A model generated the notes under the pieces. That model was not told where the DNA came from, ran no database searches, and saw only the letters and a list, made by a program, of their open reading frames with translations. Made by a program: the position numbers and the translations under genes. A stretch of 64,000 nt of DNA from Saccostrea echinata (lineage: Eukaryota): assembly GCF_033153115.1 (NCBI RefSeq), contig NW_026889772.1, positions 11,904,001 to 11,968,000 on the forward strand, written 5' to 3'. Positions 26,601 through 40,165 of this stretch are shown here, in pieces; position 1 is the first letter of the stretch, and the number at the start of each line of letters is the position of its first letter.

Positions 26601-27946
26601 ACAAGTTTCTAAACCGGAAGTACATCGTAATGAAGCGCGAAACTGTCAAACAATGTGACAACAGAAGTTTAGACTATTTCACAGGTATCATATCAACTAA
26701 GTAACACTAAACCAACAACAGTCACATACTGTTTCACACAGTTATAGTCTTAGGATGTATACTTAAGTGCTGATTTACAAATGACATACTTTATTAATCT
26801 GTTACCAAACTCTAACTCAGTTCGAATTATCTCAGTCATGTTTATATTATCAAAATATACCAATCTACCCTTGTTTCACAAGCATATACATTTACAATTA
26901 AGTGACTTAGGTACAACTCCACGAATAGCACATTCATACAAAACAAAGTAAAACTGTGAATAAACAAACTTCATCAACCCGCTCCAAATCACCACAATGC
27001 ATGATAACATATTACAGACATTGACCCTATTTGATAGAAAAATCAACCCGCTCCAAGCTCACACATATATAGTAAAATATTACAGTCATTGACTCAGAAT
27101 GATTAAACACTGTTGTGGATAAAATAAAAAGTTACACCATGTAACCTAACATTACTATTATTACATCATTTAAAAAAGGGGGGGGGGTCACATGCACTAC
27201 AGTCACATATGAGTAATTTATGTTACACATATGAGTAATTTATGTTACACATATGAGTAATTTATGTTACAGATTTCGTTTAGTGGCCAATCATAATCTT
27301 TGATTGAAAGTGAAAAGGAATAAATAAAATAGTCTTAACTGTTCTTACAGTTCTTAAAACAGATTTCAGAATTTATTTAGTTATTAGTACTTGCTTCCTT
27401 TAAGTGGTGACTATGTTAAGATTTCAGTATCTATGAAGTTATTGGTACTTGCTTCCTTTGAGTGGTGAGTACTTTAAGATTTCTGTATCTATGTAGTTAT
27501 TAGTACTTGCTTCCTTTAAGTGACGACTATGTTAAGATTTCTGTATCTATGTAGTTATTAGCTTCCTTTAAGTGGTAAAGAGTATACATGTATTAATATT
27601 TTTACATATACCTCATGTGCACATTCCACAAGGGTGATACATTGGTCAATGTTTGATGATGTAACACCAGAACAAGACAGACAATGAAGAATCGGAGCTG
27701 AATATAAAATATATTTCGATAATTGGCATGAATATGCATGAAGCTAAAGTGTATTCTTTCAACTTTCAATTAAAGTTCGCAAATTTTCATTTGTTTTCAG
27801 CGGGCTTAAATATCTGCCATTATACAAGAAGTAATTAAAATATATTTCCTACAATTATTAGAACGGTTTGTAAAAAAAATACTTACATGTGTTTTGTCCA
27901 CAGGCAGTAGACCAAAGAAAGCAAAGGAAAAACAAGTAACTCAAGT
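20675..27946 (-). CDS. Paralogue A: secreted Ly6/uPAR-like + ShKT + His-rich beta-sandwich-like protein
   Basis: Exons 27946-27887 (LSYLFFLCFLWSTACGQNT, signal), 27697-27612 (PILHCLSCSGVTSSNIDQCITLVECAHE), 25084-25022 (CYVNTTTLSTGTKAKKFGCAE), 22694-22601 (KPACLSAQGVIGKRDVTSYNTEFCPKEICNT), 22430-22287 (ShKT: CGDVSETDCRDPAALASICSDCETAQYCRKSCGLC), 21198-20675 (C-terminal domain ending AHHGHHGK*). All junctions AG/GT with consistent phases. Start exon uncertain (candidate ATGACCG|gtaacg at 28288-28282). Confidence 0.85.
21420..21860 (-). mobile_element. Degenerate Naiad RT fragment in the last intron of paralogue A
   Basis: ORF 21541-21918 contains TFRNIDDVLS..FHSYFDSIYPSELE..SVSYFDVLL. Confidence 0.85.
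22804..23941 (+). mobile_element. HINE/Helentron-like element carrying ~6-7 tandem ~130-140-bp repeats
   Basis: 5' hairpin ATGCCCCCGTATCGAAGATTCGGGGGTAT, (TGTC)n microsatellite, repeated TCCTTGTGACAAGACC...GACCTTGGAGTTTGACC units, and a 3' subterminal inverted repeat ATACGGGGGCAT followed by GTGTTTCACAAACAC. Confidence 0.8.
27203..27272 (+). repeat. 22-bp tandem repeat x3 (CACATATGAGTAATTTATGTTA)
   Basis: Direct inspection. Confidence 0.9.
27360..27576 (+). repeat. ~58-bp tandem repeat x3.5
   Basis: AGTTATTAGTACTTGCTTCCTTTAAGTGGTGACTATGTTAAGATTTC units. Confidence 0.85.
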
Positions 27947-28669
27947 CTGGAGGGAAAAACAATTAATGTGGTAGTCAGAAATTCAAGAGAAGAAACAAAA
28001 CATTACTTTTACTTTGGACCTAATTTATATCATATATGTCACATATTGATACATGTATGTCACAAAATAAACTTAATGTTTTGAAAAAAAGGAAGCAAAT
28101 GAATGCAAACATTATAATTGCCTCTGCATTATTTTTTTTCTGCTTGACTCTTAATTGATTAAAATTTTTCCAAATTTCATTATTAAAAGCAGTATAACAT
28201 TTTGCTCACATTTCATAGCCAATCTGTTCATAATCCCATACAAGTGTTCTAGAATCAAGCATACATATTACATGACGTTACCGGTCATAGATAATTATTT
28301 ATATTATGATATGGTCCTGACCTGCTCTTTCACCTGAACCTGAAGAAATTACGAAGTTTTTTTCTTTCTTCGCGCGATCGATTGCAAGGACTATCTATTT
28401 TAGTTTATATCCTATTTTTTTTCCAGAAATGATTATCATTTATTATTACTGGATCATTGGGTTTTTTTTTTAAATATGACAAAGCAAAGCATGACTATAT
28501 TCAGATCATATCTCCCATCAGCTGGTAAAAGAACGGTCTATTTCACGAGTTTCCTAGTGGTCACCATAACCCAATTTTAATCTTAAGTATGGATTTAAGG
28601 TAAAATTGGGTATCAATGAATGAACAATAAATAGCCTTTTAAACAAAAATAGTCTGAACATGGATTAAT

Positions 28670-28985
28670 GAAATATGTGGAGATAACGAACAGTATTCGA
28701 GCTCAAAAGTCCATTAAACATTACAAAATTAGAGCAGAGCAAACACGGACCTCTAAAACTTCAGAGGTGGGATCAGGTGTCATGAAGGAGTGAGCATCCC
28801 CTGCCGACAGGTCACACCCCCCGTGTGCTCCTTGTCATGATCGGGGAATAACGGAAAAATCCGTCGTCAATTCAGTGTGTAAATAATAGTATGAAAAATG
28901 TCAGTCAGCATTTGACTTAATGATAGATTGTATTTGCTGACAAGGTCATTGAATCGACCATAGAACTTACGAAATGATGACTTTA
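28670..28985 (-). mobile_element. Naiad 3'-terminal fragment
   Basis: Near-identical to the reverse complement of 56040-56360. Confidence 0.9.
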
Positions 28986-29674
28986 TGATTAATTAAAATA
29001 TTCATGAACCTTTGTTAACCAAATTGAATGTTAAGTTGATATTGCTACAGAACATGTTTATCTTTGAACAAAGGCCCAGAACAATGTTGCTGTAATTATC
29101 CTTCTTCAGATTTTCATGTATTAATGCAGGGTGGACTTTGGTATAAAGGTATTGTTTTCTTAATTATAATTTTATCAATTGCAGAATAACCCATATGGGA
29201 AAATCAACATAATATATGAAACATCTACTCACTATGAATCGCCAAAAATATCACAGGCACAAATAATGAAACGTGATGATTCAAAAATAGACATGACCAG
29301 ATGTATGATAAAGCAATATACACAATTACGTCCTTCGAAGAGAATAAGGTCATTTTGTCAGAATACTGAGATATTAAATCAAGTACTATAGAGATGCTTA
29401 ATAATTATACTTTAAGGACGCTGCGTCACAATTAAGATAAATATCTTTAGTTTTATGAAACGATGACCACTGAGAAAGGTCGCTCTACTATAAAATGATA
29501 CTAAAATAAATACAGTAGCATTTAACAAAAACTTTTTTCTCTGAAAATTTAGGTTATAAGTGCTGTATTACAAACGAAGAATCAAATGGATCAGATCATT
29601 TTAAAGACGAAGGACATGGATTATTTTACATCCCTCAGCATACAAGATATCTCTCGAAGAAATGAATATTATTT

Positions 29675-31670
29675 TGTCAGTGTTTTTGTGGACCAAATAT
29701 TCCAACAATCTGTTGGAATTCCCATAGACACAAATTGTGTTTCTCTATTAGTAAAAATGTTTTATATTCTTATGCAGCAGAATTTGATTTCAGAATTTCT
29801 ACATATGAAAGTTAAATATAGTTTTGGCCTTCAATTCGATAATTTGGAGATATCGACATTTTATCTAATAACAATATTCATTTACATTTATATGAACGTA
29901 GATTCTATATACACTTAGTGATCTCGAAATAAGATTCTGTCACATCCATTTTGTATTTGGATGTTTTACTATTACAAATTAACAAATATGGAGATAACGA
30001 ACAGTAATCAAGCTCAAAAGTCCATAAAATATATACAAACAAGGAGCAGAGCAAACACGGACCTCTAAATCATCAGGGGTGGGATCAAGTGCCATGGACG
30101 AGTAAGAATCCCCTGCTGACTGGTCACGTGCTCCTAGTCATGATCGAGAAAACGGTAAAATCCGCAGACAATTCAATGTGCAATCATAGCCTAACAATTA
30201 GTATGAAAAATATCAGTCAACTTTCGACTTAATGATAGATTGTATTTGCTGACAAGGTCATTGTATCGACCATAGAACTTGCAAAATGATAACTTTAAAC
30301 GAAACTTTTGATATTCTTGTTTCATCAACTGTTTGTCAAAAGCTTGCCCCCATTAAGAAATTGTTCGTTCGTAGAGCATGCTCTTGCATATCAAATCAAT
30401 TGAAAGACATAAATACCATCTGCAGGTGATATGGGTATATTGCTACTTAAGTTAGAGAAGTTGACCATAAAAAAAGTTGAAGTCGTCAAGTTAATCATTA
30501 AGTGGTGTTGTTAGGTTACCATTAACACCTTTTTCTAATAAAATATTCGAATATGAAACAGATGTGTCAGACTCTGTGCTATCTTTTATTTCAAGTTCAC
30601 AGGGAAATATCGAGTCGACATATGATTGGAAGAAACTATTATTAATTGATAAAACGTCGTCTTGATATCTAAATGTCGAGTTGAAGGCCACAGCAAGTGT
30701 TTTCTACTTGTCATTTACAAGTTTTTGAATAAATTCTGCTTCATATGAATACAAAAATAGGTCTGCTAATTACGGGGCACAATAGGTACCCAAGGGAATT
30801 CTGACAGATTGTTGGAAGACTTGATCTCCAAAAACTACATATTGTCAAGAAACTCAAGCATCTTTTTAATATCAGAATTTTCTTTAACAATTTTTTTTAT
30901 AAATGATCAATGACAAGGTAAATTAATTTAAGACTCCCATTTTTATTTAAAAAGCAGCTTTCTATGATGTCAAGAAGCCTGGATTTTAATTTATTGTTGG
31001 GAATAGTTGTATAAGAGTTGAAGAGTCATACATTTTGATGTTATTGATTTTGTTAAAATTTTGTGAATTCAAATTTTCTAAAAGTTCCTTGGAGTTTTTA
31101 AGTTTCCACATCTGATTTACACGACTTCTCAAATATATTGTTGTACAGTACTATTTGACAAATTGAATGAACTTCAGCTTTTCCATTGTAAACTTCCCAT
31201 ATTTATGCACCAATATTCAATTATCATCCGCATTAAGGTATATGATGTCTGCGTCTTCTTCGGTATTCAAGAGGATGATCTTTGTACGATCAACATTCAA
31301 ACCAAGGCATGCTACTGACTAATAAGTTAATGTTAAAAGGGTTTCAACAGTATCGTTTATTGTCAGCATTTTGAAAATTCTATGTAATCTTTATAATGAC
31401 ATTGTTTGCAAATACAGTCTACTTTGGGTCGAAATTTTAATATGACTCATACTAATTATTATGCCATGAATTTCATACTTATTTTGTCAGCGGATTACCC
31501 CGTTTACTTTATCATTTCAAAGGGCTCACGGAAGAAGGGATGCTTACTCCTCCTAGACATCTGATCCCACCTCTGGTGTTTCCATGAGCTCCTGTTACTG
31601 CCCTCCTATCGATATATTGTTTATAAGATTAAAGAGACTAATCACTGTTCGTTATTAGCACCTTTTTACA
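29675..31670. mobile_element. Compound Naiad insertion: + fragment (29675-29970), - fragment (29985-31150), + fragment (31155-31670)
   Basis: FQQSVGIPIDTNC on +; AFNSTFRYQDDVLS plus a full 3' UTR on -; FSFSIVNFPYLC plus the UTR motif GGGATGCTTACTCCTCCTAG on +. Confidence 0.85.
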
Positions 31671-31822
31671 TTTCTGAACTACTTAATGTACAATAACTAT
31701 TACTCTTCACCCAAGGCCAACAGTAAACAGCCATTCAACTTATCAGGTATGCTTTTCATAAAAGAAAAATTAATACCAAGGGGAAAAACTTTCATAGAGT
31801 TTTTATATAATTTTATTAAAAA

Positions 31823-34800
31823 TTAATGATTATGATGGGCAATGATGCTCTCTACTCTTATACGGCTTATCCAGTAATGGCCGTAGCTATGAGTAACGCT
31901 ATCTTTTTGGATTTTCAGGTCAAAGGCACTTGTGTTATTCAAATTGAATGTATTCAGCTTGTGGATTTGCCATCTTAGATTCCATACGTCAGTCCCCGTG
32001 TATGACTGCTTTATTACGTTGTTATTCAGCAAGATGTCGACTCTTCCGTGCCCAGTTGTTTGACATGCGCTGAGCTGTATACTGGTAAGAGGCTCTCCAT
32101 TTGTCCGGAAGTTGATATTAATATAGCTGTCATGGTAGGGTAGAATTAGGTAGTCGTGTTTGGCATGCGCGTGATTCAGGGTGGTGTTATTTTCCATCAC
32201 TGGTACCACTTTATGATTACTTTGAGTGATGCTATTGCAGATTGAAGGATCAACTGACGAACTATGTCGACAGGTCTTGTGAACAGGGTCATAGTCGAGG
32301 AGAACTACATTCTCATACCAAACGCTATTGTGTGCATTATCTGTAAAAAAAAAAGTTACCATAAAAGAAAATTGTGCATTAAACTTGTTAATAAATTGTA
32401 AAATAATCTTAATGTCCATGGATATTTTCAGTAAAAAGTCACATTCTTACTTTGACATATTCCGCATGATTTCCTGCAGTATTGCGCATACTCGCAGTCA
32501 CTGCAGATGGTCGATAGCTTGGAATGATCATGGCACTCTGTGGGTGTGGCATCAACACACGGATCTGTACTGGGTTCCTGAAAGCGGCTTATGTCTGAAA
32601 AGGTAATTTATACTGACTTTTCATTTTAAGTCTATAAACTGTGCATAATCTGAGTGTTGAAGGCAGAGGAAATCGTGTATTCACAAGAAAATAAAATTGA
32701 CAACTATTCACACTATTTATAATGCTTTTTTTCTATACGTAACATTTTATTTATGCATTTTGTTCTGTAGTGCAATAATATTCCGATTCAAAGATAAATC
32801 ACTGAATGTGAGAGGTGAACTATATATACTGTCTGAATCTGTCCTGGGTCCAGTGTGTCCCTGTGGCTGTCGCAATGAACATATGTAAGCTGGCCTATAT
32901 AAATGAGGACTTACTAGGTCTTGGGAAATAATTAAAACTGTAACCAGATCTAGATATTCAATTCGTCAATATGGAAGGACTATAGAGAATTAATGTACGT
33001 GGTGAATACAACAACAAAAAGATCCTCTCTGTACACCCTGATCTACACTCCTAAAGTCTTGCTTGATACTACTGATAAGTCTACGGACTTTTACTGAAAA
33101 AAAAAAACTGGTTTCACTGATGAAAAAGATGAAGACTAAACGACCTGAGTTACACAATTCCTTTTTGCAGAATTTTGTCTGTGTTGTTTGTGTAGATGCC
33201 TGTCTTCTACCCACAGTAGAGGGGGGTGCCATACAAGCTTGTTTCTGTGAATATTTGTTTAAAGTTAAACTTGAAAGTGAGAATAAGAAACTCTTATAAT
33301 GTTAAAGGATGAATATATATGAAATTTTCATAAAATAATTACAAAAGTATTGTTCTGACAATAACTCATTCACAGAAATTACCTGGCTTTTTAAAATATT
33401 AAACTATTGGACCCTAGATAACAAATTTAGGCATGCAACAATAGTTTTAAAGTTAATATAATAATATTAAATTGGGGGGGGGGGGGATAGATATATTTTA
33501 TCTTTAACGAGAGATTTGTATCTATTAAGTTTATAACATACTGTTAAAAAATAAAAAAAAAAATATTAACTCCTTCAGCGAACGCTGGAGTATTGTTATT
33601 GAGAGTTGTTTGACATCTGATAAAGTTCTACTTACAGGTGCACATCCAAAATTTCTAACCACTGAGCCGTCAGCCGCAGTTGTTGTAGACACATAACACT
33701 GGAAAATAAATGTATTGCATATAGGCAACCTCATCATAAATATCTTCATATTTACATACCGTTGTATTGAGCTTTCCCCTGGAATATTCATTACTGAATT
33801 TACCTAACAGAATTGCTATAGTAAACTATATTTTACTATAATTATCTATAGTATACTATATTTTACTATAATTATCTACAGTATACTATATTTTACTATA
33901 ATTATCTATAGTATACTATATTTTACTATAATTATCTACAGTATACTATATTTTACTATAATTATCTATAGTTAACCAGAGTATCAAAATTTTTTACTTG
34001 AATAAATCAGTTTCAAAACATCCACTATTATAATGAAGTCAATCAAAGATTTTCACTGTACAAGATCAGTCTCAAAGATTTTTCTATAGCAAATAAAAGT
34101 ATTTACCATTCCATACTGTAAGAAAGTTCCATTTTATTTACAGTAATAAATCAGAGTGTGTATTTTTACATTATACTATTCTTTAGTTTACTATAGAGAA
34201 CTGTTCTTTACTATTAAAAAACAGTGGTTTAGTAAAGTTAATTATAATAAAAAAAAGTTCAAAGTTTTGCCAAAATAAATAAAAGTGTCAATTTTTTTTT
34301 TTACTATAGTTAATTTCCATAGTGTTCGCTACAGTAAATATTTTTTTTTTTATTTGTAAATCTCAGTATGGAAATGTTTACCATAGTTAATAAAAGTATC
34401 ACAGTTTTTGATAAAGTAATTCAAAGTACCATACTATTCACCATTACCATAGTATTCGGCTTGGGGCGAATTACATTGAAAAGTAACGCATTACATTACC
34501 ATAACGTCAAGACTTTGAGCATTAAATTACCATTACCATTACTCTAATTTCTTTAAGTAATGCATTACATTACCATTACTTTAGTAAAGTAATGCATTAC
34601 CATTACCATTACTTCTGGGAGTTTTCAAAATTAGAAATACAAACTTTTGCAACTGTTTTCATATACATGCATCCAAATTTGATTTCAAGTATTTGTACTT
34701 ATTACATTGTAAATAACTTACATAACATTTCTTTTATTATTACTTACATATCTTTTTTTATGCAATTCTCAAAACGATACATTGATTTAATTGTTACATA

Positions 34801-35647
34801 ACCCCAGAGACATTGTGTGTTTTTTGATGACACTCTATTCAAAAGGTGGCAATTATAAGTTTACAGTGTACATTAATTAATTAGTGTACCTCATACCGGA
34901 ATTATTTAAAAAAAGATTTTTTAAAAACTATTTGAAATAATTCTTTATAATTAAATCTTATCTAAAATAAGCATGAACATTTAAATGTATGGTAATTGTA
35001 CTTTCAACAGAATAAAAAGTGTATTTGAATAGATACAGAGTTTTTTAAATGGGTTAACTTCTTTCATTCTATCATTAGTAAAAAAAATTAACCTAAACAA
35101 TAATTTCCATGTCCCATCTTCCAACGAAAATTTTTTTTCCTCTCCCATTTTTATATCAATTAAAACTTCGCTAAATCACTTTTTTTGGAACCAAATCCAC
35201 TCAGACAAATTCTGAATCTGGCCATGACATTAAATTACGGTGAACATTTTAAGACATCTTCACAAACCTCACTGGAACACTCAGAAAGATACACACAAGG
35301 ATCCGCGCCATTTTTTACATTTCTGCACAACAAACAGTGAAGAATTGGATCTAAATAAATCAAAGAAATAAAAAAAAACTTCACACAAGAGTTTGAAACG
35401 TAACCATTTAATTTCATTTGATGAGAAGAAATAATCACCAGGGTCTGCCAATGTCAGTGCCCAGATTGCACCAATCACGATTAGACAGCTGTCTATATAT
35501 TTATGAAAATAATAAAAACTAATGAGCAAAATTCATTCATAAAAAATGAACAAAAAATAGCTCAGCACAATTTAATATATATTTATCTGTAATAAATAGC
35601 AATAATATTTATCTAGAACGAAACAGACACCTACTGATTCCGTCCAT
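31823..35647 (-). CDS. Paralogue B: secreted Ly6/uPAR-like + ShKT + His-rich beta-sandwich-like protein (complete 7-exon model)
   Basis: Exons 35647-35635 (MDGI), 35492-35439 (NSCLIVIGAIWALTLADP), 35350-35268 (DPILHCLLCRNVKNGADPCVYLSECSSE), 33698-33636 (CYVSTTTAADGSVVRNFGCAP), 33244-33145 (KQACMAPPSTVGRRQASTQTTQTKFCKKELCNS), 32594-32451 (ShKT CVDATPTECHDHSKLSTICSDCEYAQYCRKSCGIC), 32340-31823 (ends AHHNH*). All AG/GT, phases 1,1,0,0,1,1. Confidence 0.9.
33825..33972 (+). repeat. 30-bp tandem repeat (ACTATATTTTACTATAATTATCTAYAGTAT) x~5
   Basis: Direct inspection. Confidence 0.9.
34455..34612 (+). repeat. (CATTAC)n-rich repeat element end
   Basis: GGGGCGAATTACATTGAAAAGTAACGCATTACATTACC followed by CATTAC arrays. 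Confidence 0.6.
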
Positions 35648-36497
35648 TCTGTAGTTACACAATACCAGCTGATAAGTACATTTATGTATATCTATAGAAC
35701 CTGTTTCTGATATGCACACCTAGTACGGTAGATAAACAAGGTCAGAAAATTTATGACACATAAATAATGCATATATCTACTAAGGGGAAACATACTTTAA
35801 GAAACATCAACATTGCTGTCTTTATAGCCGCTCTTTCTAAAGTAAGTTCAGGTATCGTCTCGTATCCTTTCTTCTTATCCTGGTCAGTCCGTCCATTTGT
35901 CACACATCGTCATCAAATTCCTCTTACATATTAAACAGTAGTCAATTTATCTTTTAAAATATGATTGGTGGTGTCATGAAGATGTGCAATAAGGTTTCCA
36001 AATTTTTTTTACCCAGAGTACCAATCGAGGGTCGACAAAAGACGTTTTTTTTCTACGAAAACCAGGTTCCAAGAAATCCTCTGACATTTAACGCAATAGC
36101 TAAATCATCTTTTTGGAAAAGGAATGGTTCCATAGATGTGCAATAAGATTTCGGAATTTGATTTCATAGGGGTTGCGCTTTGGGGTTTAAAAAACAACTT
36201 CCATGTTCTTGACTTCTTATCACATTTTACACAGTAGCCAAATAATCTTAAGAAGGTTTGCTTTTCATTTTCATCCAGAAGGCCATTTGAGGGCCAAATT
36301 TGTTTTAAGATATTAGATGCATAACAGAGGGATATTTGCTATTTTCAATATATACTCAAATTAAATAATGCTATTAAAATGAATTTAAAAGATGACCAGA
36401 ACAAACATGAACTAAAAGAAGTGTATGAACAGAAAATTTATTTAACATTCAGTGTTAATTTTAAGCGTTATCTCTTAATGTTACCTCTAAATGTGTA

Positions 36498-36626
36498 NNN
36501 NNNNNNNNNNNNNNNNNNNNNNNNNNNNNNNNNNNNNNNNNNNNNNNNNNNNNNNNNNNNNNNNNNNNNNNNNNNNNNNNNNNNNNNNNNNNNNNNNNNN
36601 NNNNNNNNNNNNNNNNNNNNNNNNNN
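36498..36626. other. Assembly gap (N run)
   Basis: Run of N. Confidence 0.99.
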
Positions 36627-36639
36627 AAGTAACTATTGT

Positions 36640-37865
36640 TAATTGTTAACATAGATATTGTCAATCAGAAGCTCGAGCATCTTTTTAATGTCAACTTCAG
36701 AGTAGTTGTATGTACAATCAGATTGTTTTTTGACAAAGTAATTTTGCAAATGACCAATGACAAGGTACGTAAATTTACGAGTTCCATTTTTATTGAAAAA
36801 GCAGCTGTCAAAGATGTCAGAAAGTCTAAACTTTAATTTATCGTGGGGAATAGTTGTATATAAAGTTGAAAAGTCGTAAGTCTTTATGTTGTTGATTTTG
36901 GTAAAATTTTGTGATTTCAAATGTTCCAAAAGTTCCTTGGAATTTTTTTGTATCCACATCTGATTTACACCACTTCTCGAATATACTGTTGCACAGTACT
37001 CTTGAAGTTTCTCCTTCACTACTGTTAATATCTTAGTGAGGAGTAAAGAAAGAGGCTTGGTAGAACATTTACTGGAACCTGCTATGTATCTTTGTTTGTA
37101 AGGATTTTTATGAAGTTTCGGAATCCAATATAGATATTGTAATCCAAATTCAACCTTGTTGGTTGTTGGGAATATTAAAAATATTGAAGAATTTCCTCCT
37201 TAGAAAGGGAGCTATGGGTATAATTTGAATTACCAGTTGAAGAATTAAATCCCAGTTCCTCTAAAATACAATTTATATAATGAGCCTTACAAACAAAGAC
37301 AATGTTGTTACCTGCTTTTTCATAAGGGGATCAGTACGTACTGATCGTGTAATCTATCTAATTCTTTTTTCACTTCTGAATTGTTGAATACAGAAGAATA
37401 GATGGTGTTCATACTGCCCCTCAATCGTTTAATGCGAGATTTTAACATATACTTGATACATTTAATTCATTCTGACAAAGTGTCAAGGTCTTGTTTTTCA
37501 TGTCTGACCCAACGCCTGGTGTAATCCTCTACAGAATCCATAATATGTATGAAATAACGACGCCAGTTAAAGGATCGGGGTTCCCAATGATTATGACCTT
37601 TTAAAATTAGTGATCTAAGGTCCTCATTATTAACTATATTTACGTCACCAGTAATAACGTGTCCAGCAGGACTATAGTTATAGGGTGAAGAAGAACATGA
37701 ACACGAAGGAGGATTATGTTTCAGTTATTCGATATCAAGGCCCTGTAAAGTTTTCTTAAAATTAAAAAGTTTGGAAGCAATAGTGGATGTATATTTGTAG
37801 GAATACAAGGTGTAGTCTTCAACTTGAAAATATGGTGGAATACAAGACTGGACCCTTTACTATGA
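36640..37865 (-). mobile_element. Naiad internal fragment (CxC linker to RT fingers), frameshifted
   Basis: ORF 36639-37019 is highly similar to the 753-aa RT (KEKLQEYCATVYSRSGVNQMWI...TYDFSTLYTTIPHDKLK); upstream sequence matches PSCSCSSSP/GHVITGD. Confidence 0.92.
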
Positions 37866-40165
37866 TTATGCTAATATAAGGTCCATTGGACCCGTGCTCG
37901 CCTCCAGCATTTTATGTTTAATTTGATATATGTATATTTATATGCAAATTATAGAATAAATATTGTTTTGAGTCTTCACTTGTTAACCAGGTGAGAAGGA
38001 GCATTTTGTTTTTAATTTATACTAAACCATTGCTCATTACTTTACAAACTTCAAATGTAACTGGTTCTTTTTTGTTAAAAATACCAATATTTCCATTTTA
38101 AAAAATACATTTTAAAGTGCCGATGATTCTAAGCCAGTCATTGTAAAAATGTTAGCATTCTTTTCAGTTCATTTATACAAGCCTTATCTACTTTGTCAAA
38201 CTATATATGTACAACTTTAACTGGTATGTAAACGGAAATGTAATTCATGCCCTTCGTAAAACTGATAGACTGTAATAGTAGCTGAAAATTACGAACTATT
38301 CCGAAAACCTGTGCTTTGTTTTTTATTCTTTTACATATTTCCAAATTTAGGAATTAGAAATTTGCAAGGATCAAAGATAGTATATTAGAATAGTTAACAT
38401 GCAATATATGTGTCATCCCGAACTAATCAAACGGTGCGATATTGGAGCTGAAAGCAGAGAAAGCGACTATTTTAATATTTGGTAAAATTCCAAGCTTTCA
38501 GAAATTTATATAGTTTATATTCAATTGCAACGGCAGTCATTTTGAAAATTTTAAACACCAGAAAGTTGGAGAGATACTTACATATCAATATTGTGCAGGT
38601 TGAAAAACGTTTAGACGGAAAAAACGAAAAAGAAAATTTCCCCATTTACAGTGCACAAATTATCCGATCATTTTCATTTTTTAAAATTTGTTTTAATTTT
38701 TGCAGAAATCAATTTTGCATGATGGAAGGAATACTCCTTTTATGTTTCGAAAGAATTATCTGTTTTTTTACTGAGAATAATGAGATTTAATTTTTCATAT
38801 TTCCTCTGTTTCAATGACAATAGTGGCCATTTTGAAAATTTTAAAGTAAAAATTGGCTACAAGTATAAGGAACTCGAATGTAAGGAAATTTTGGTTATAA
38901 AGAAATTATATGATTTCATCATCCCTCAAATGATAATATTTTTTATATGAATATAAAGAAATTCGGTTATTAGGAACTAAAAATCCATGTTTATAATAAA
39001 ATCTTTGGTACTCATTTTCCTTTGATTCAGATATACTAAATACATCAAGTTTAAAATGAGTGAATTTCTAGCATGATTGAAGGAAGTGTATGATTCTAAA
39101 TATATTGTTAACCTACTTTGTGTTTCACTAGTGTTTTACTGTCTCTTACAGAGAGTTTATTTTGAAATATCCCACCATGCTTTTCAAAGATTTTCCTACG
39201 ATGACCTGCTGTAAAGTAATACCGAGTAACCATTTGCTATCTTTAAAAAATACCAATTAAGAAGATTGGCGAACAAGGTAAGCGAAATGCTTATGGTGCA
39301 ACAAATATGAAGGTGAGAAATCAAATCTCAATCATAATCAAATTTTCTTTGATATTTTATCTAACATTAAATTATTCTTTATGTAAAATCTCCATAATTT
39401 GCAAAAATCTCACAAAGATTAAAATTATTTGCCTATGAAATAGCATACAAACACCAAAGAGGGCAAAAAGGGTCATTTTCTCATATTCTAACACAAGTTT
39501 TCCATTTGAGTTGGTCTTCGCTCCATTTTTTTGAAAGCTATCTGCAAAGTTTGCGTAAAATATAAAATTTTTGGCTAACAAAAACATGGAGCAAAGACCC
39601 AAAATACCTTAAAAATACTTGAAGTCCATTTAGTCAAGGGTCATATCACAAACATGATTTAAATGCCACTATTCATCAGGAATTGTGTAGCGCGGTTGTT
39701 CCTTGTTAGTCCTAAAGGAGAATGATATTCTGTCTATTGTCAGGGTTCGAACCCCAGGAATATACATTTTTGTTAAATAATAGAATAAATTTTGCCGAGA
39801 AAATTTCTTCAGAAAAGTTTTGTTTGTCATATTTTCATGAATTTCAATAATGAGAACTTTACTCTAAATACTAAATTCACAATTTGAATATGATTTTATT
39901 TAACTGAAGCTATAGGCATTCTGCACGCCATGTTAGCCCATCTCCTTCTAAAAAAATTAAATTGATTCGTCCCATTTAATACTTTCTTTATGAGTATATA
40001 AGGAATAACGGTCCACATGACTTGCACGGCAGGTCTTCTATTCACAAATTTGTCATTTTTGTGAATAAAATTTAACGCAGAATTATTAACCATTTTATTT
40101 AGGCTCCTGAACTGTATGAAAATGACAGAAAAAATATCGTTCTTCAGATCGAATTATTCTTTATG

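Noticed and set aside
31823-32419. ORF-track start codons for the 198-, 129- and 161-aa ORFs
   Set aside because: These are terminal exons of spliced genes; the true boundaries are the acceptors at 32340, 21198 and 40686.
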